NCBI GenBank assembly: GCA_017853435.1
Contig: JAFMJN010000002.1
Location: forward strand, 1 to 45,541
Reading direction: 5' to 3'
Origin: Planctomycetota bacterium
Lineage (GTDB): Bacteria > Planctomycetota > GCA-002687715 > CAIWVZ01
DNA length: 45,541 nucleotides
Shown in pieces: positions 43,090-45,541 of the stretch. Numbering within the stretch: the stretch's first letter is position 1; each line of letters begins with the position of its first letter. Made by a program: the position numbers and the translations under genes. Below the pieces are notes generated by a model that was not told the DNA's origin, searched no databases, and saw nothing but the letters and a program-made list of their open reading frames with translations.

Positions 43090-45152
43090 GCCGCGTCCGT
43101 CTCGTTACCCGGGACGGCATTCCTCGGATCGAGCGGGACGGTCGAAGCGAGCCCGCTTGGATGGCGACGGCCCCGGCTCCGGATCCGGAGTGGATGGAGC
43201 GAATGGCGCGGGCGGGTTTCCGCGCCTTTTCATTTTCCGCGACAGCGAACTTTCATCTCTACGGACTTGCCGCACCCGTTTGGACGGGTCCGGGACGTTA
43301 CGACTGGTCGGAGTTCGACGATCGGATGGAAACGGTTCTCGCGCGTGTCCCCGACGCGGTCGTGGTGCCGAGGTTGCATCTCGCGTCGCCGCCTTGGTGG
43401 GACAGGGATCACCCCGATGAACTCGTGGGCTTCGGCGTTCCGTGGGAATCGGCCCCTCCGGGGCATGGTGCGCTGAGTGCGACGCAGGCGTCCTGGGCGT
43501 CTTCGGCTTGGAAGTCCGCGGTTTCCGAGAACCTCGAGCGTTGGGTCGCACACGTCGAAAGCCGTCCGTGGGCGGATCGCGTCGTCGGCGTCCTCCTCTG
43601 CGGCGGAGACACCGAAGAGTGGAATCACGTCGGGTCGATGCGCGGGCTGTTTCCGGACGTCGGTCGTCGTTCCGTGGAAGGATTCCGTGCGTGGTTGCGG
43701 CACCGTTACGGAGACGACTCGGAACTCTCGCGTGCGTGGGGGCGCGGCGCTTCGTGCGCGTCGGTGATGCCGCCGTCGGTCGAGCGACGGCGGGGCGATC
43801 CCGCGGAACCATGGATCGACGTTCGCAAGGATCGCGACGTCGTGGACTTTCATCGTTGGCTTTCGTCGATCCCGGCGACGTTCGTGGGCGAGGCCGCGGC
43901 GTCGCTTCACGCGCGATCGAACCACGACGTGAAGGTGGGAGCCTGGTGCGGTTATCTCGCTGAAATGACGTTTCACCCCGATGCATTGCGCTTCGGGGGG
44001 ACCCTCGCGTTCGAAACGCTTCTGAAGCATCCGGCGTTGGATTTTTTCGCGGCACCGTCGAGCTACGCGCTTCGTGACCTTCGACGCGGAGCGACGGTCG
44101 GCATGCTCCCGAGGGGATCGTTGCGCGTGCATGGAAAGTCCGGATTTCACGAGAGCGACATCCGGACCCACGTGCTGCGCGACGACGCCGGGTACGGACG
44201 GACGGAGACGTTGGCGGATTCGTTGTCCATGCTCGAACGCGAGGCCGCGTTCGCTTCCGGATCCGGGCTCGGGATGTGGTGGTTCGACATGACCGGAACG
44301 TTCCACGACGAGCCCTCGGTGCTCGAACGCTTATGCGCTCTCGGGCGGCGAGCGGCGAGCGACCGACCCATCGCGCCGCGCGGCGCCGTCGTCGTCGATG
44401 AATCGGTATTGGAAGCGTGGAACGGCTACCCCGACCGATTGACGGACGCACTTCCGCGGTTGCTGATCGAACTCGGACGGACGGGAATCGACTTTGAAAC
44501 CGTTCGACTCGCGGATCTCTCGGACGCGACGCCGTACGACGTGCTCGTGTTTCCCGCATTCGAGCGCGTCGAACCCGGCGTCCTCGATCGTATCGACGCG
44601 TGCCGCCGTCGTGCTCGTCTCACGGTGTTCACCGGCCGCGTCGGACTCGCTCCGACGATGGACGGCGACCCGCCCGGGCCCGCCCGGGTCACGGGCCTCC
44701 CGCTGACCGTCGGTCCGTCGGCCGTTCCGGTGGATTCGATCGACGGGGAATGTCGCCATCTCGGTCGAGGATTCTGGTCGTCGCACGACGTGCGGCCGAA
44801 CTCCGCGTCGGGCGTGAACGTCGCGGCGCGCCGCGTTGCGGACGACGTCCCAAGCGCCTGTTGGAGCGAGGCGAACGGACGATTCGTGGCGTGGATTCTG
44901 GACCATTTTTTCGACGCCCGCGCGTGGCGCACGCTGTTCGACGCGACGGGGATCGTGTCGACGATCGTCGGCGAGGCTGCGGTGCGCCATCTTCACGACG
45001 GTCTCTGCGTCACGTCGGGGGCGGACGTCGTGACGTTGCGTTCGGATCGTGCTTACGTCGATGCCCACTCGGGAGAGGTCTTCACGCCGCGCGACGGTCG
45101 GGTCGTGGTTCCCACCGCGCGCGGGGAAACGCGGCGACTCCGCCGTCAGTAG
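43086..45152 (+). CDS. Hypothetical protein, glycoside-hydrolase-like (GH42-like architecture suspected)
   Basis: 688-aa ORF with an ATGA overlap to the TolC-like gene. The N-terminal half looks like a TIM-barrel glycosidase ('GPGRYDWSEFDDRMETV', 'HLASPPWWDRDHPDE', 'GGDTEEWNH', 'MWWFDM'). A later 'YDVLVFPAFERVEPGVLDRI...LTVFTG' resembles the GATase1-like middle domain of GH42 enzymes. The family assignment is not secure. Confidence 0.45.
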   Translation: MSRVRLVTRDGIPRIERDGRSEPAWMATAPAPDPEWMERMARAGFRAFSFSATANFHLYGLAAPVWTGPGRYDWSEFDDRMETVLARVPDAVVVPRLHLASPPWWDRDHPDELVGFGVPWESAPPGHGALSATQASWASSAWKSAVSENLERWVAHVESRPWADRVVGVLLCGGDTEEWNHVGSMRGLFPDVGRRSVEGFRAWLRHRYGDDSELSRAWGRGASCASVMPPSVERRRGDPAEPWIDVRKDRDVVDFHRWLSSIPATFVGEAAASLHARSNHDVKVGAWCGYLAEMTFHPDALRFGGTLAFETLLKHPALDFFAAPSSYALRDLRRGATVGMLPRGSLRVHGKSGFHESDIRTHVLRDDAGYGRTETLADSLSMLEREAAFASGSGLGMWWFDMTGTFHDEPSVLERLCALGRRAASDRPIAPRGAVVVDESVLEAWNGYPDRLTDALPRLLIELGRTGIDFETVRLADLSDATPYDVLVFPAFERVEPGVLDRIDACRRRARLTVFTGRVGLAPTMDGDPPGPARVTGLPLTVGPSAVPVDSIDGECRHLGRGFWSSHDVRPNSASGVNVAARRVADDVPSACWSEANGRFVAWILDHFFDARAWRTLFDATGIVSTIVGEAAVRHLHDGLCVTSGADVVTLRSDRAYVDAHSGEVFTPRDGRVVVPTARGETRRLRRQ

Positions 45153-45541
45153 ACGCGCACCGCGATTCCGAGTTCGGCCGCTTCGCGCGCCAACGCATCT
45201 TTGTGTCGTCCCGGGAAGCGGGCGGCTCGGTCGGACGGCCAGTTCGCGATCCACCCGACGTCCTCGTCGGGTTCGCGTTCCTTCACCGCCAACGTCCAAC
45301 CGGACGGATGGCGAACGAGACGTGCCAAGGTGTCGTGCTCCGTCGGCCGTACGACGAGTTCGGGCGTCGTCAGCGTCCCGGGGAGGGGGGCCGTTCCTCG
45401 GCGTCCCTCGGCGTGGAACGCGAGAGGGCGAAGCGGCGTCGTCGCTCGTTGAACCAAAAGGGACGTCAGGGCCCCCGGGTCGTCGCCGTCCAAGCCGAAG
45501 GGGAGACGATCCTCGGCCGATGCGAAAGCCGATCGGAGCGC
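45146..45541 (-). CDS. Hypothetical protein, 5'-truncated by window edge
   Basis: The minus-strand frame stays open from the listed TTG (45493) to the window end, so the gene probably continues outside. I recognise no motif. The 3' end overlaps the convergent gene by 7 nt. Confidence 0.3.
   Translation of the reverse strand, partial: ALRSAFASAEDRLPFGLDGDDPGALTSLLVQRATTPLRPLAFHAEGRRGTAPLPGTLTTPELVVRPTEHDTLARLVRHPSGWTLAVKEREPDEDVGWIANWPSDRAARFPGRHKDALAREAAELGIAVRVY

Noticed and set aside
1-45541. CRISPR arrays, IS elements, rRNA, large direct or inverted DNA repeats
   Set aside because: None was seen on reading through the window. The similarity among the five GT4 modules is at the protein-motif level (paralogs), not recent DNA duplication. 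A dot-plot would be needed to exclude short dispersed repeats rigorously.

Overview
This is a 45.5-kb, very GC-rich, almost fully coding bacterial chromosomal window. G+C was judged by eye, not computed. A TolC-like protein and a BamB-like lipoprotein suggest a diderm. The type-2 IleRS, ECF sigma factor, HEAT-repeat proteins and Hanks kinase fit a PVC/FCB- or Gemmatimonadota-like organism, but taxonomy cannot be settled from this sequence. I support about 36 CDSs, one tRNA-Leu(UAG) and one sigma70-like promoter. I saw no rRNA, CRISPR array, transposase, integrase or phage genes. The left 19 kb (20-19086, + strand) is the standout. It is one co-directional, translationally coupled 14-gene operon for assembly of an unknown glycoconjugate. 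It encodes four GT2 enzymes, a PIG-L/LmbE deacetylase and five paralogous GT4 modules spread over four proteins. Those proteins include a 1293-aa GT4-coiled coil-GT4 giant and a GT4-GT2 fusion. The operon also encodes a radical SAM/SPASM-like enzyme and a membrane-tethered alkaline-phosphatase-superfamily enzyme. It ends with a terminal triad: a polyprenol-kinase-like protein, a DUF92/VTE6-like protein and a UbiA prenyltransferase. No initiating phosphoglycosyltransferase, flippase, polymerase, ABC exporter or nucleotide-sugar gene is visible. The rest is mostly housekeeping. It includes a Zn-metallopeptidase, gpmI, and an ECF sigma/anti-sigma pair next to a convergent secreted HEAT-repeat protein. 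A minus-strand operon runs Ser/Thr kinase-DUF167-PNP-ileS-purN-M61 peptidase-tRNA-Leu. Further genes are yggS, a BamB-like lipoprotein, tilS, pgk-rpe-accD, an orphan TolC-like gene and a GH42-like protein. Many long antisense and alternative-frame ORFs in the track are GC-driven shadows and were rejected.
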